This document shows positions 55,885 through 64,000 of a stretch of 64,000 nt of DNA, in pieces. The translations under genes and the position numbers were made by a program. The notes under the pieces were generated by a model. The model saw nothing but the letters and a program-made list of their open reading frames with translations. It was not told the origin of the DNA and did no database searches. Every line of letters begins with the position of its first letter. Position 1 is the first letter of the stretch. The stretch is from an uncultured delta proteobacterium (GTDB taxonomy: Bacteria; Myxococcota; Myxococcia; Myxococcales; Myxococcaceae), in contig CAVYSY010000002.1 in the NCBI GenBank assembly GCA_963771175.1, positions 64,001 to 128,000 on the forward strand. The letters are read 5' to 3'.

Positions 55885-58368
55885 CGGACACCGCGCAGGT
55901 TGCTCCACCTCTCGAAGCTGAGGCTCGAACCAGGCGCTGAGGGGGTCATCCGCCTCGTGGCCGTGGCCCCCACCCGCCTCGAGCTCACCCTCTCCCCGGC
56001 GGATGTCCGGCAGGAAGGGCCCAAATACAAGCTCAAGCTACGGGGCACGCAGAAGAACCTGCCCAAGGACGCGACGTGCCGCGTGTTGATCAAGGCGGAG
56101 TCGCTCGGAGAGGTGCGGGACTCCGAACTCGGCGCGCAGCCCCTGCGGATCAACGGGGAGTCCTGCACCCTTGAGCTGGAGATCGACACCTTCGCTTCGG
56201 GCCTCTTCGGGAAGGGCAAGGCCCATTTCTCCGTCATCCCGGACTTTCCCTTCGCGACACCATGTGTCGTCTCCACTCCGGTGGAGTTCAACAACCCGTT
56301 GGATATCGAGGGAGCCAGCCCTGGCAAGGTACTGCTCGGCAAGCGGCTCGAGCTCACGCCGGTGTTCAGCGACAAGTTCGAGAAAGCGACGCTCAAGCTC
56401 TCCGTCTTCCACGGGGGAGCGATCGAATCGGGCAAGCTCTCGGACTCACTGGCCTGGTCCATCTTCGAGTGGACCGCGGACGACGACGACACGAAGGAGT
56501 GGCGCGTTGGCTGCGCACAGAGCGGCGGCGAGTACCTGTTGACCTACCTCGAGAGGCACCAGGCCGAGTACAGCTATGACCTCCAGCTCGAGGTCATCCA
56601 GGAGTCCGAGGGGCAGGAGGTGAGCTACGTCGTCTGGAAGAGGCCCAACGCCGTCTCCTTCCCGAAACCGAAGCTGACGAGCTTCGAGATTGGCACTGGA
56701 AGCGCCCTCGCGAAGGTGGAGAACGTCAGTCCCGGCTTCAGGCTGCCACTGGAGCTGACGCTCTGGCAGTACGGACTCCAGGATCTGGATCCCGTCGTCC
56801 GGACCCTGATGATGAATCCCATCTCACGGCCGGCATTGGCCGAGGCTTCGTCCTCGGAGTATTTCTGGCAGCTGCTCGTCCCCGATGTGTTGATGGAAAA
56901 GGTGCAGCTCTTCGCCCTGCTGCGCATTCCCAAGACGCTGTCGGGCACCGATACCTATGTGCCGGTCAGCGCGGTGATGGATTACGACGCGTCGAAGTTC
57001 CTCACCTTCGATGACGACCAGCTCTGGCTCGAGCCCCCCGCGAAGAAGGGGACCAAGAAGTCCAAGCAGCACAAGACGCCGAAGGACCTGGCGACCGCGA
57101 TTGCATCCCAGGAACTGAAGGATATTCCGACGCGAGCCCCTCACTTCGGCTCGATCTCGACGGGAGTGCGCGAAGACAATCTGCTCGTATCCATCAAGCT
57201 CGTGGGGGATAGCGGTTACTGGAAGGCCGCCGAGCCCGTCTTCTCCCTCTACGACGAGGCCGGTCAGACCGAGCTCGCCAAACTCAAAACCCAGCCATCG
57301 GCGCAAAACCCCCGGCTCCACGAGGCGCTCATCCCCCTGGAGGACCCGAACCTCCTCGGCAAGAAGGTGCGCATCCGCGGCCAAGTCACCAATCCGGATG
57401 CGAACCTCTGGGGTGAGCTGGTCGCCGCCCCGCCGGCATTCTCCGTCGCCTATGAAGGCGTTCCCCGCTTCAGCGGGCTGACGATGCGCACCGTGGAGCT
57501 CACCGATGCCACGTCCTATGTGCAGGTGAGATGTCAGGCCCACCATGTCCCGAACGGAAAGAAGGGCAGCACGCTCGGGTTCCGCATCTACGAGCTCTTC
57601 GCGGGCGTGAGGGAGCCGATCCTGCTCTCGCAGATGCCGTTCCGGTACGACGTCTCCAAGGGAGCGGGAGGCCAGTGCGACTCCCAGGGGCGACTGGTGG
57701 CTCGAATCACGGACCAGGACATGGTCAAGAAGCTGCTGGGCCAGGGCAAGTACAGGCTCGAAGCATGCGTGCTAGACAAGGAGGGCAAGGTCTTGTCCTA
57801 CGAGGTCCGTTCCACCTTCACGGAATTCGGGCCGTCGCCGCGGAAACTCGAGGGCACGATGGTCTGGGGAGCGAAAGTGCCGGCTGAGTTCAGGATGAAG
57901 GTGCTGGCCATCTGCAACCTCTTGAAGCTCAAGGCGGATGACCTGATGGCCTGCATGGCCTTCGAGACGGGATGTACGTTCTCGGCCAAGAAGCAGAACA
58001 ACGCGGGTCATAACGCATACGGACTCATCCAGTTCACCAAGAGCGGCGCGGAGGGCCTTGGGAAGTCGGTGGACGAATTGAAGGGAATGACCGAGGTCGA
58101 GCAGCTCGATTACGTCTACAAGTACATGGCCCGCTGCATCGAGCGGAAGGGTCCGCTCAACACGCGGAGCGACGTCTACATGGCCATCATCTGTCCCGAA
58201 GCCGTGGGTAAACCGGAGAGCTACGTCTGCTACTCGAGGGCGAACAGTCCGGTGGCGTACGAGGCAAACAAGGGGCTGGATCGAGGCAAGAAGGGATTCA
58301 TCACCAAGGCCGACGCGACGGTGCCCGTGGATGAGCGCTACAACGAGGGGCAGAGCTTCCGGCTGTGA
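55881..58368 (+). CDS. Large protein with C-terminal lysozyme-like / lytic transglycosylase domain
   Basis: WGAKV..EF..KV, LMACMAFETG (catalytic Glu), AYGLIQF, MTEVEQLDYV, DVYMAI and YEANKGLD; one-base offset after the ATG. Confidence 0.8.
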
Positions 58369-58407
58369 TTCACCATGCTCGAGGGCAGGGACTGAGCCCG
58401 CCTCGGG

Positions 58408-58863
58408 TCATGCCTGTCGCGGGAACTCCCCGAGGATGACGCACGAGCGGCCCTCCATGGGGAGGGTGTGCTCCTCCACCGAGGGGAAGCCGAGCTCACG
58501 CGCCAGGTCCGCCAGGTACCGGCGCCACGGGTTGTACGGCATGCTGTTGTCCGAGCAGCACGGCACCACGGCGAAGGGCAGCCGGTGCTTCGCCGCGTAC
58601 TCGATGATGATCCGCGTGGCCCCGTCCGGGTGCATGCCCACGAGCAGGTCGCACTCGCACGGCTCCTCCAGCGTGAACATGCGCTGCTCGTAGCGCACGG
58701 GCAGGTGCTTGTGACGCAGGTCGAAGGTGGTGACCGTGCGCCCCAGCCGCGAGAGGGCCTCGTTCAAGCGCCCCTGCCCTCCCGCGATGTCGAAGACGCG
58801 CGGGGCGGGGAAGCGCTCGGTGATGAACTGGGCGAAGAGGTCGAAGCGGCGCTTGTCGGCCAT
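58408..58863 (-). CDS. Small methyltransferase-fold protein
   Basis: FDIAGGQG motif I; GMHPDGAT...PFAVVPCC. Confidence 0.7.
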   Translation of the reverse strand: MADKRRFDLFAQFITERFPAPRVFDIAGGQGRLNEALSRLGRTVTTFDLRHKHLPVRYEQRMFTLEEPCECDLLVGMHPDGATRIIIEYAAKHRLPFAVVPCCSDNSMPYNPWRRYLADLARELGFPSVEEHTLPMEGRSCVILGEFPRQA

Positions 58864-59135
58864 GCAGCCTCTCTACAACAGGTCCGGCCCTCTCGATTCC
58901 CGTCCGATGTCCCCCGGCCCCGCCGGGGAGGGCGGCCCAGGAGACGGATGACCGGTATTTCCTGGAGTTCCAGCAATTCAGAGCCAGAGAATGGCGCGGC
59001 CCGCCATGGCAGGTGTTGCTCCCGGTCATCTCGCGCCCAAGGGGATTCCCCGCCCAGGGTCAGGACTGGTATCAAGAACTGAGGAAACCGGGCCTCGGTC
59101 CCACGGTCGGGGGGTATGGAGGAAGGAGCTGACCC

Positions 59136-60446
59136 ATGAGCGTCATCGTCATCGGTGGAGGACTCAGCGGGATGGCGGTCGCCTTCCACCTGCAACAGCG
59201 GGGCGTCCCCGTGGTGCTGCTGGAGCGCGCGCCCCGGCTGGGCGGCAACATCCAGACGCACGTCCGTCAGGGCTTCTTCCTGGAGAATGGGCCCAACAGC
59301 TTCTTCGATCGCGAGCCCTCCATGCGCGCACTGGCGCGGAGCCTGGGGGTCGAGGACCTCATCCAGCCGGCCACCGCCGCGACGGCCCGGAAGCGCTACG
59401 TCTACACCCGGGGCCGGCTGCGTGCCCTGCCTCGCACCCCGCCCGCCTTCTTCGGCTCGAACCTCCTGCCGCTGCTCTCCCGCCTGCGTGTGCTGGGAGA
59501 GCTGTTCAGCAGCCGAGCCTCCGGGAAGGAGGACGAGTCGCTCGCCCGCTTCGGCCGCCGGCACTTCGGGCAGACCGCCACGTCCGTGCTGCTCGACGCG
59601 GTGCAGAGCACTCTCTTCGCGGGAGACCTGGAGTCCCTGAGCGAGCCGCTCTCCGGCGCGCTGTGCTCCTTCAAGGGAGGACTGCAGCGGCTGGTGGACG
59701 CCCTCGCCCGGCGGCTGGCGACCGTGGCTCGCACGCGAGCCCACGTGGAGCGGCTCACCCGCGAACCGGACGGCTGGCGCGTGGTGGTGCGAGAGCAGGA
59801 AGCGCGCTCGGAGCTGCACGCCACCCAGGTGGCGGTGTGTACTCCGGCGAATGCGGCGGCCCACCTGCTGCGCGAGGTCGACCCGGAGCTGGGGGGCCTG
59901 CTGGAGGGCATCACCTATGCCCCGGTGGCGGTGGTGCACATGGGCTTCGCTCCCGAGTCCGTGCCCAGGCCGGACGGGGCCGGCTTCCTCGTGCCCGCCA
60001 GCGAGAAGCGGCGCATCCTCGGAGCCATCCACGCCTCCACCCTCTTCCCCTGGCGAGCAGAGGGCAAGCGGGTGCTCTACACGTGCATGGTGGGCGGGAC
60101 GCGACAGCCGGAGCTGGCCATGCTGCCCGCGGAGGAGCTCGTCTCGCTGGTGCGCGAGGAGCTCGCGGACATCGCCGGGGTGCGCGCCGAGCCCGTGGTG
60201 ACCGACGTGGTGCGCTGGCCGTGCGCCCTGCCCCAGTACACCGTGGGCCATGCCGAGCGCCTGTCCTCCATCGACCAGGCCGTGGCCCGCTGGCCGGGGC
60301 TGCACCTCACCGGCAATGCCTACCGAGGCATCAACATGGTGGACTGCGTGCGCAACGCCGCCGCGCTCGCGGAGCAGCTCGCGCTCGGGGCCCGCCCCGC
60401 GCCTTCGGATGGGGCCACGGGACTCGGACCGGAACAGCGGGCCTGA
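59136..60446 (+). CDS. hemG: Protoporphyrinogen oxidase with an apparent ~40-aa internal in-frame deletion
   Basis: GGGLSG, ENGPNSF, DESLARFGRRH, GFLVP, PQYTVGH and GNAYRG; segment between AGDLESLS and LSGAL missing relative to M. xanthus PPO as recalled. Confidence 0.85.
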   Translation: MSVIVIGGGLSGMAVAFHLQQRGVPVVLLERAPRLGGNIQTHVRQGFFLENGPNSFFDREPSMRALARSLGVEDLIQPATAATARKRYVYTRGRLRALPRTPPAFFGSNLLPLLSRLRVLGELFSSRASGKEDESLARFGRRHFGQTATSVLLDAVQSTLFAGDLESLSEPLSGALCSFKGGLQRLVDALARRLATVARTRAHVERLTREPDGWRVVVREQEARSELHATQVAVCTPANAAAHLLREVDPELGGLLEGITYAPVAVVHMGFAPESVPRPDGAGFLVPASEKRRILGAIHASTLFPWRAEGKRVLYTCMVGGTRQPELAMLPAEELVSLVREELADIAGVRAEPVVTDVVRWPCALPQYTVGHAERLSSIDQAVARWPGLHLTGNAYRGINMVDCVRNAAALAEQLALGARPAPSDGATGLGPEQRA

Positions 60447-60447
60447 A

Positions 60448-60478
60448 CCTCACCCTATCCCTCTCATAGTGGGAGAGC
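60448..60478. repeat. REP/boxC-like element
   Basis: CCTCACCCTATCCCTCTC...GGGAGAG resembles the CCCTCACCCTAACCCTCTCCC...GGGAGAGGG repeat family. Confidence 0.55.
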
Positions 60479-60677
60479 GGCGGCGTTCCTCTGTCCTTTC
60501 GGACACTTGGCAGCCACCGGACCGGCGGATGTAGTGGATTCTGTAGTTACGGGCCGTGACTTGAGCGAGCGGGCGAGCGTAGCCGCATTTCCCGTGACCA
60601 CCAGGCCCCCACCAACCCGCCCCGCTCCGGGCCCGCTGTAGCCGCCCGGCAACCGAGCGCCTGTTGCTGGGCCGCCT

Positions 60678-61280
60678 CTATTCTCCCGACCCTTTCTGCT
60701 CTCTCTTCTTCTGTCGCGCATGGAGCCGCTCGACAATCGAGAAGGGGAACATGGCACGGTGATTGATGTTCCGGTAGTACACCGCCAGGTAATGCTCCCC
60801 ACCAATCTGAATGACGGTTTGAGCTGGCGGCTCGGTCTGGCTGTTGAACCAGGCGTCTGCCTCCTCGCGAGTATTGAACGTAGCCACCGCCGGAGGGAGG
60901 CCGTCTTTCGTCATCTCCTCGATGTGGTATTCAAGTCCGGAGTCTGGGACGAGTGAGCGGCGGCTACGGTCACGAGAAGACAGGACGCCGTAGTATTCGT
61001 CAGCGATCAACACACAGGCCAAATCAGGTGGCTCAGGTTGCGCACTGAGCCAAGCCTCCGCCTCGTCCCGCGTGTTGAATGAGGCAATTACTCGGGGGGG
61101 GGCCTCGGACTCGACGTCTTTGCGATAGCTCTCGAACTCATACGACTGGCCATTCCGCCAGACGAACCAGAGCGCGTCGATGGCGAGGAGAAACAACTCT
61201 TTTTCCTCGGGAGACTGAGCATGTTCTCGGTTCTTCCCGAGGAACGCCTGCGCTTCGATGATGCGGTCGAAAATCGTCAC
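60678..61280 (-). CDS. Hypothetical protein with internal duplication, candidate immunity protein
   Basis: GTG start overlaps the upstream stop; two copies of PP.V..FNTR.EA.AW...Q.EPP...V.I..E.Y. Confidence 0.65.
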   Translation of the reverse strand: MTIFDRIIEAQAFLGKNREHAQSPEEKELFLLAIDALWFVWRNGQSYEFESYRKDVESEAPPRVIASFNTRDEAEAWLSAQPEPPDLACVLIADEYYGVLSSRDRSRRSLVPDSGLEYHIEEMTKDGLPPAVATFNTREEADAWFNSQTEPPAQTVIQIGGEHYLAVYYRNINHRAMFPFSIVERLHARQKKREQKGSGE

Positions 61281-61960
61281 GGCGCCACCGCTGCGATGTA
61301 GGGCTCGCAGACAGCTTCCGATGAAGCCAGAGCTGCCAATGGAATCAAGGCAATGAGCGCCCCGGGAGGGAAGGCCACGACGAAGACAACTCCTGCAACT
61401 ACGACAATACTTCCCACCAGAACCTCGGTGCGATTGCGCTTCAACCAATCAACCGCTCGAGCCGTGGCCGAGAACTCAAGAGGGCGACGTCCCTGCAACT
61501 CTTCGCAATCAAGGTACGGCTGCCAGCACCCCTCCTTGCAGTAGCCGTGCTTGGCGCCACGAGACATGTGCGAATAGTCCTCAGAAAGAGGTCGGTCCAT
61601 ACACGTGTCGATGCAATTATTGAGTTCCTCATGACAATCTCGCTGGCGAGCAGCCGCAAGCACGATACGCCCGTACGTCCTCTCCGCGCGAGGCTGGAGC
61701 CTGAATCGCGAAAGGTCAAACTCCTCCACGGGGCGCCAACTGTGAGTGACGTGAGCGCTGGGGGACTCCTGGATGACGAGCACGTACCGGTCGAGTTCTT
61801 CGACGGCCGGAGAAAAGGTGCCGCCGCTCATCCCCACGGACTCACGGGTGCTCGCGTCTTCGGTCGGACCCAGAGTAGCCGGTCCCGATGCACAGCCCGA
61901 TACGAGCACTCCCAAGAGGGCCGCTACCCCTAGGATCAAGGCGCAATTCGCGCTTTTCAT
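61277..61960 (-). CDS. Cys-rich lipoprotein with C-terminal hydrophobic hairpin, candidate toxin
   Basis: Lipobox LVSGC; six clustered Cys; C-terminal VLVGSIVVVAGVVFVVAFPPGALIALIPLAAL. Confidence 0.65.
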   Translation of the reverse strand: MKSANCALILGVAALLGVLVSGCASGPATLGPTEDASTRESVGMSGGTFSPAVEELDRYVLVIQESPSAHVTHSWRPVEEFDLSRFRLQPRAERTYGRIVLAAARQRDCHEELNNCIDTCMDRPLSEDYSHMSRGAKHGYCKEGCWQPYLDCEELQGRRPLEFSATARAVDWLKRNRTEVLVGSIVVVAGVVFVVAFPPGALIALIPLAALASSEAVCEPYIAAVAP

Positions 61961-62000
61961 GTGGACAAAGCTAGGCCGGTGATGTGGGCATCGCAAGTTG

Positions 62001-62198
62001 CGCCTCAGCCGGCCCACCGAGGCCAACGGCGTCTTCGCATCCCTCCCGGCCGAGCTCATTCCCCGGATGCAGGAGCACACCTTCTTCTACGTCTGGGACG
62101 AGGCCACCTCCGAGGTGCGCTGGATGACGTCCTTCGACACCACCGAGGAGGACGTGCGCGGCTTCGCCGCCAGACTGCGAGAGCTGGTGGGCGGCTGA
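62001..62198 (+). pseudogene. ltaE: 3' fragment of low-specificity L-threonine aldolase
   Basis: PTEANGVFASLP...FYVWDEATSEVRWMTSFDTTEEDV; 5' part absent. Confidence 0.75.
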
Positions 62199-62314
62199 GC
62201 GCCTCCGCCAGCGGCGTGCGGACCCCAACAGAGGGTGCAATGGCGGATTGACTCGTGCGTAGGGATGCGGCGGCATTGCCGCATCCGCGCTCGGACCCAC
62301 GGAGCCACGTACCC

Positions 62315-63439
62315 ATGAGACGCCCTCGTGGCTTGAGGATTGCCCTCGCCTGCAGCCTCGCGCTGCACCTGGGCCTCCTGTGGTGGCTGTGGCTCCTCCC
62401 ACCCTCGGCTCGACAACCCTCTCCGCCCTCGCCGCCCTCCACTCCGGTGGAGGTGCTCGTCGTCGACCTCTCCCCTGCCCGCCCCACCCCGCCTCCTCCG
62501 CCACCCCGTGGCCCGAAGACGCGGACGCGCGGTGGGGGACGGAGCGAGGCCAGGCCCCCCGCGGACGCGCCCGCCGAGCCTCCCGCGCCCGTTCCCCTGG
62601 CCAGCGATCTGCCCCGTGTGGAGACGAGCCCCGAGAGACCCTCGCTCCTTCCGAGCGCTGATTCGGTGGCGCTCCTGCCCCACGGACCCCTCCCCGTGCC
62701 CCCGCCCGAAGAACCGGGGCCACCCGGGACTCGCCTGCGAGCGCCCGCGCACCCGGCGTCCCCCCAGGAGCTCGTGGACGGAATCGCCCGCGACAGCCTG
62801 GCGAAGGCGCGCGTCGAGAGCGGCCTGACGCCCACGTACTTCAGCGATGTGGGCCAGGCGCTCCTGAAGCGCTTCCGCCTGACCCAGGGGGATGCCGAGC
62901 GAGAGCAGAAGCTCGGGGAGAAGGTGGTCGAGAAGGCACGTGACGTCACGAGCGTGCTCTCCCGCTCCGGGAAGATGGAGGACCCGCTCGCGCACCCCCG
63001 CCGGGTCGACCCCCTCGCGAGCGCGGCCTCGCTGCATCCCGTGGTCGAGGAGTCCATGAAGAATCTGGCCTACTCACTGCCCCAGGACTGGACGCGCTCC
63101 GCGGGCACGGTGGTGGTGCGACTCACGCAATCCGGTGCCGGGCAGGTGCTCTCCGTCGAGCTCCTCGGCTCCTCGGGAAACCGCGGACTGGACCAGGCGG
63201 CCGTGGCGGCCGTCCAGGCGCTCGGCGAGGAGCTGCCGCCCCCTCCTCCAGACGTGCTGAAGGGCCGCGACTCGGTGGTGAGCGAGTGGAAGTTCGAGCT
63301 GCTGCGAACCGTCGCGGGCCCGGCGGCCCTGGGCCTGGGGCTCGTCGGCACCTTCGACATTGGCACCGACCTTCCGGAGGCCCGCCCCACCTTCGCCGCC
63401 AAGAGCCAGGTCCGGGTGACCCTGGTGGCGTACTACTGA
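62315..63439 (+). CDS. TonB family C-terminal domain protein
   Basis: TM anchor SLALH, Pro-rich linker, GQVLSVELLGSSGNRGLDQAAVAAV. Confidence 0.75.
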   Translation: MRRPRGLRIALACSLALHLGLLWWLWLLPPSARQPSPPSPPSTPVEVLVVDLSPARPTPPPPPPRGPKTRTRGGGRSEARPPADAPAEPPAPVPLASDLPRVETSPERPSLLPSADSVALLPHGPLPVPPPEEPGPPGTRLRAPAHPASPQELVDGIARDSLAKARVESGLTPTYFSDVGQALLKRFRLTQGDAEREQKLGEKVVEKARDVTSVLSRSGKMEDPLAHPRRVDPLASAASLHPVVEESMKNLAYSLPQDWTRSAGTVVVRLTQSGAGQVLSVELLGSSGNRGLDQAAVAAVQALGEELPPPPPDVLKGRDSVVSEWKFELLRTVAGPAALGLGLVGTFDIGTDLPEARPTFAAKSQVRVTLVAYY

Positions 63440-63517
63440 GCGCGCCCTCGCTTCTCCGTGCCAGAGGGACGTGGCATATCGCGGCTCGTGACATCCACTC
63501 CGAAGAGGGGAGGCTCC

Positions 63518-64000
63518 GTGCAGTCCTGTGTTTCGAGAATCCTTTCCAGCTGTCTGGCCGTGTGCCTCACGCTCGCCGTGCTGCTGCCCGTGCCCGCCCT
63601 CGCGATGGACGGTGCGGCCTTCGAGCAGCTCCACACGCGCGTGCAGAAGGAGGACCTCTCCGACGCGAAGCTCTCGGTCCTGAAGACAGCGGCCTCCACC
63701 AATACCTTCACCTGCGCGCAGGTGGCGCGTCTGATCGAGCAGTTCTCCTTCGGTGATGACAAGCTCGAGACGCTCTCGGCGCTCAAGGGCCACATCGAGG
63801 ATCCGGAGAACAAGGGCAAGCTCGTCGCCCTCTTCAGCTTCGACGACGAGAAGGAGAAGGCCAGGCAGTTCCTGGCCGGCATCCAGAGGGCCACGCCCGC
63901 CGCCCCCAACACCGCGCCGGCCACCGGCAGCGAGCCCACCCGCATCAGCGCGGCCACCCGCGGCCGCACCGGCGAGACGACGCCGCTGCTGGTGAACCAG
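63518..64000 (+). CDS. Secreted DUF4476 domain protein, runs off the window
   Basis: Signal peptide; MDGAAFEQL...SDAKL...FTCAQVARL...FSFGDDKL...DPEN...FSFDDEKEKA. Confidence 0.75.
   Translation, partial: MQSCVSRILSSCLAVCLTLAVLLPVPALAMDGAAFEQLHTRVQKEDLSDAKLSVLKTAASTNTFTCAQVARLIEQFSFGDDKLETLSALKGHIEDPENKGKLVALFSFDDEKEKARQFLAGIQRATPAAPNTAPATGSEPTRISAATRGRTGETTPLLVNQ

Noticed and set aside
55881..58368. Prophage endolysin or tail lysozyme
   Set aside because: No holin, capsid, terminase, tail or integrase genes nearby; coupling to the WHIX-like gene fits an effector better, though a phage origin is not excluded
49540..59050. Possible inverted repeats flanking the effector locus (TTCAGAGCC...GGGGATTCC words near 49.55-49.62 kb and 58.98-59.05 kb)
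   Set aside because: Only short words match, with inconsistent spacing, and no transposase or target duplication is visible
63471..63490. Sigma-54 promoter before the DUF4476 gene (TGGCAT...)
   Set aside because: The GC dinucleotide is not at the required GG-N10-GC spacing

Overview
GC-rich bacterial DNA, almost certainly from a myxobacterium (Myxococcales, Archangium/Cystobacter-like), judged from DUF2381, lipoprotein toxin/immunity pairs and close matches to myxobacterial FadI/FadJ and HemG. The backbone carries an HpnK-like deacetylase, a CocE/NonD hydrolase, fadJ-fadI, hemE, tRNA-Val and tRNA-Asp, a type-2 ileS with non-canonical HNGH/KESKS motifs, ada/alkA-ogt, a sensor kinase plus sigma-54 activator with its probable target operon, Ap4A phosphorylase, an RdgC-like pair, a vWA protein, a giant membrane protein, hemG, and TonB-like and DUF4476 genes. 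Many genes are broken by single-base indels, clustered in conserved genes, which are probably assembly errors. The most notable items are: (1) an A/T-richer three-gene locus (49.7-58.4 kb) with an exported SH3 protein, a ~1,660-codon C39-peptidase / WHIX-like (M23-like) multidomain protein and a translationally coupled lytic-transglycosylase protein, a candidate anti-cell-wall effector system; (2) an acsA-pdhA-pdhB-ACP operon collapsed by serial deletions into one mosaic reading frame (40.0-41.0 kb), with further in-frame deletions in other genes; (3) a lipoprotein toxin that lost its toxic domain and now reads in frame into its immunity gene; (4) a shared 22-bp palindrome family at 31.4 and 42.5 kb. 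No CRISPR array, rRNA or intact mobile element was seen. All family assignments come from motif recognition by eye, not database searches.
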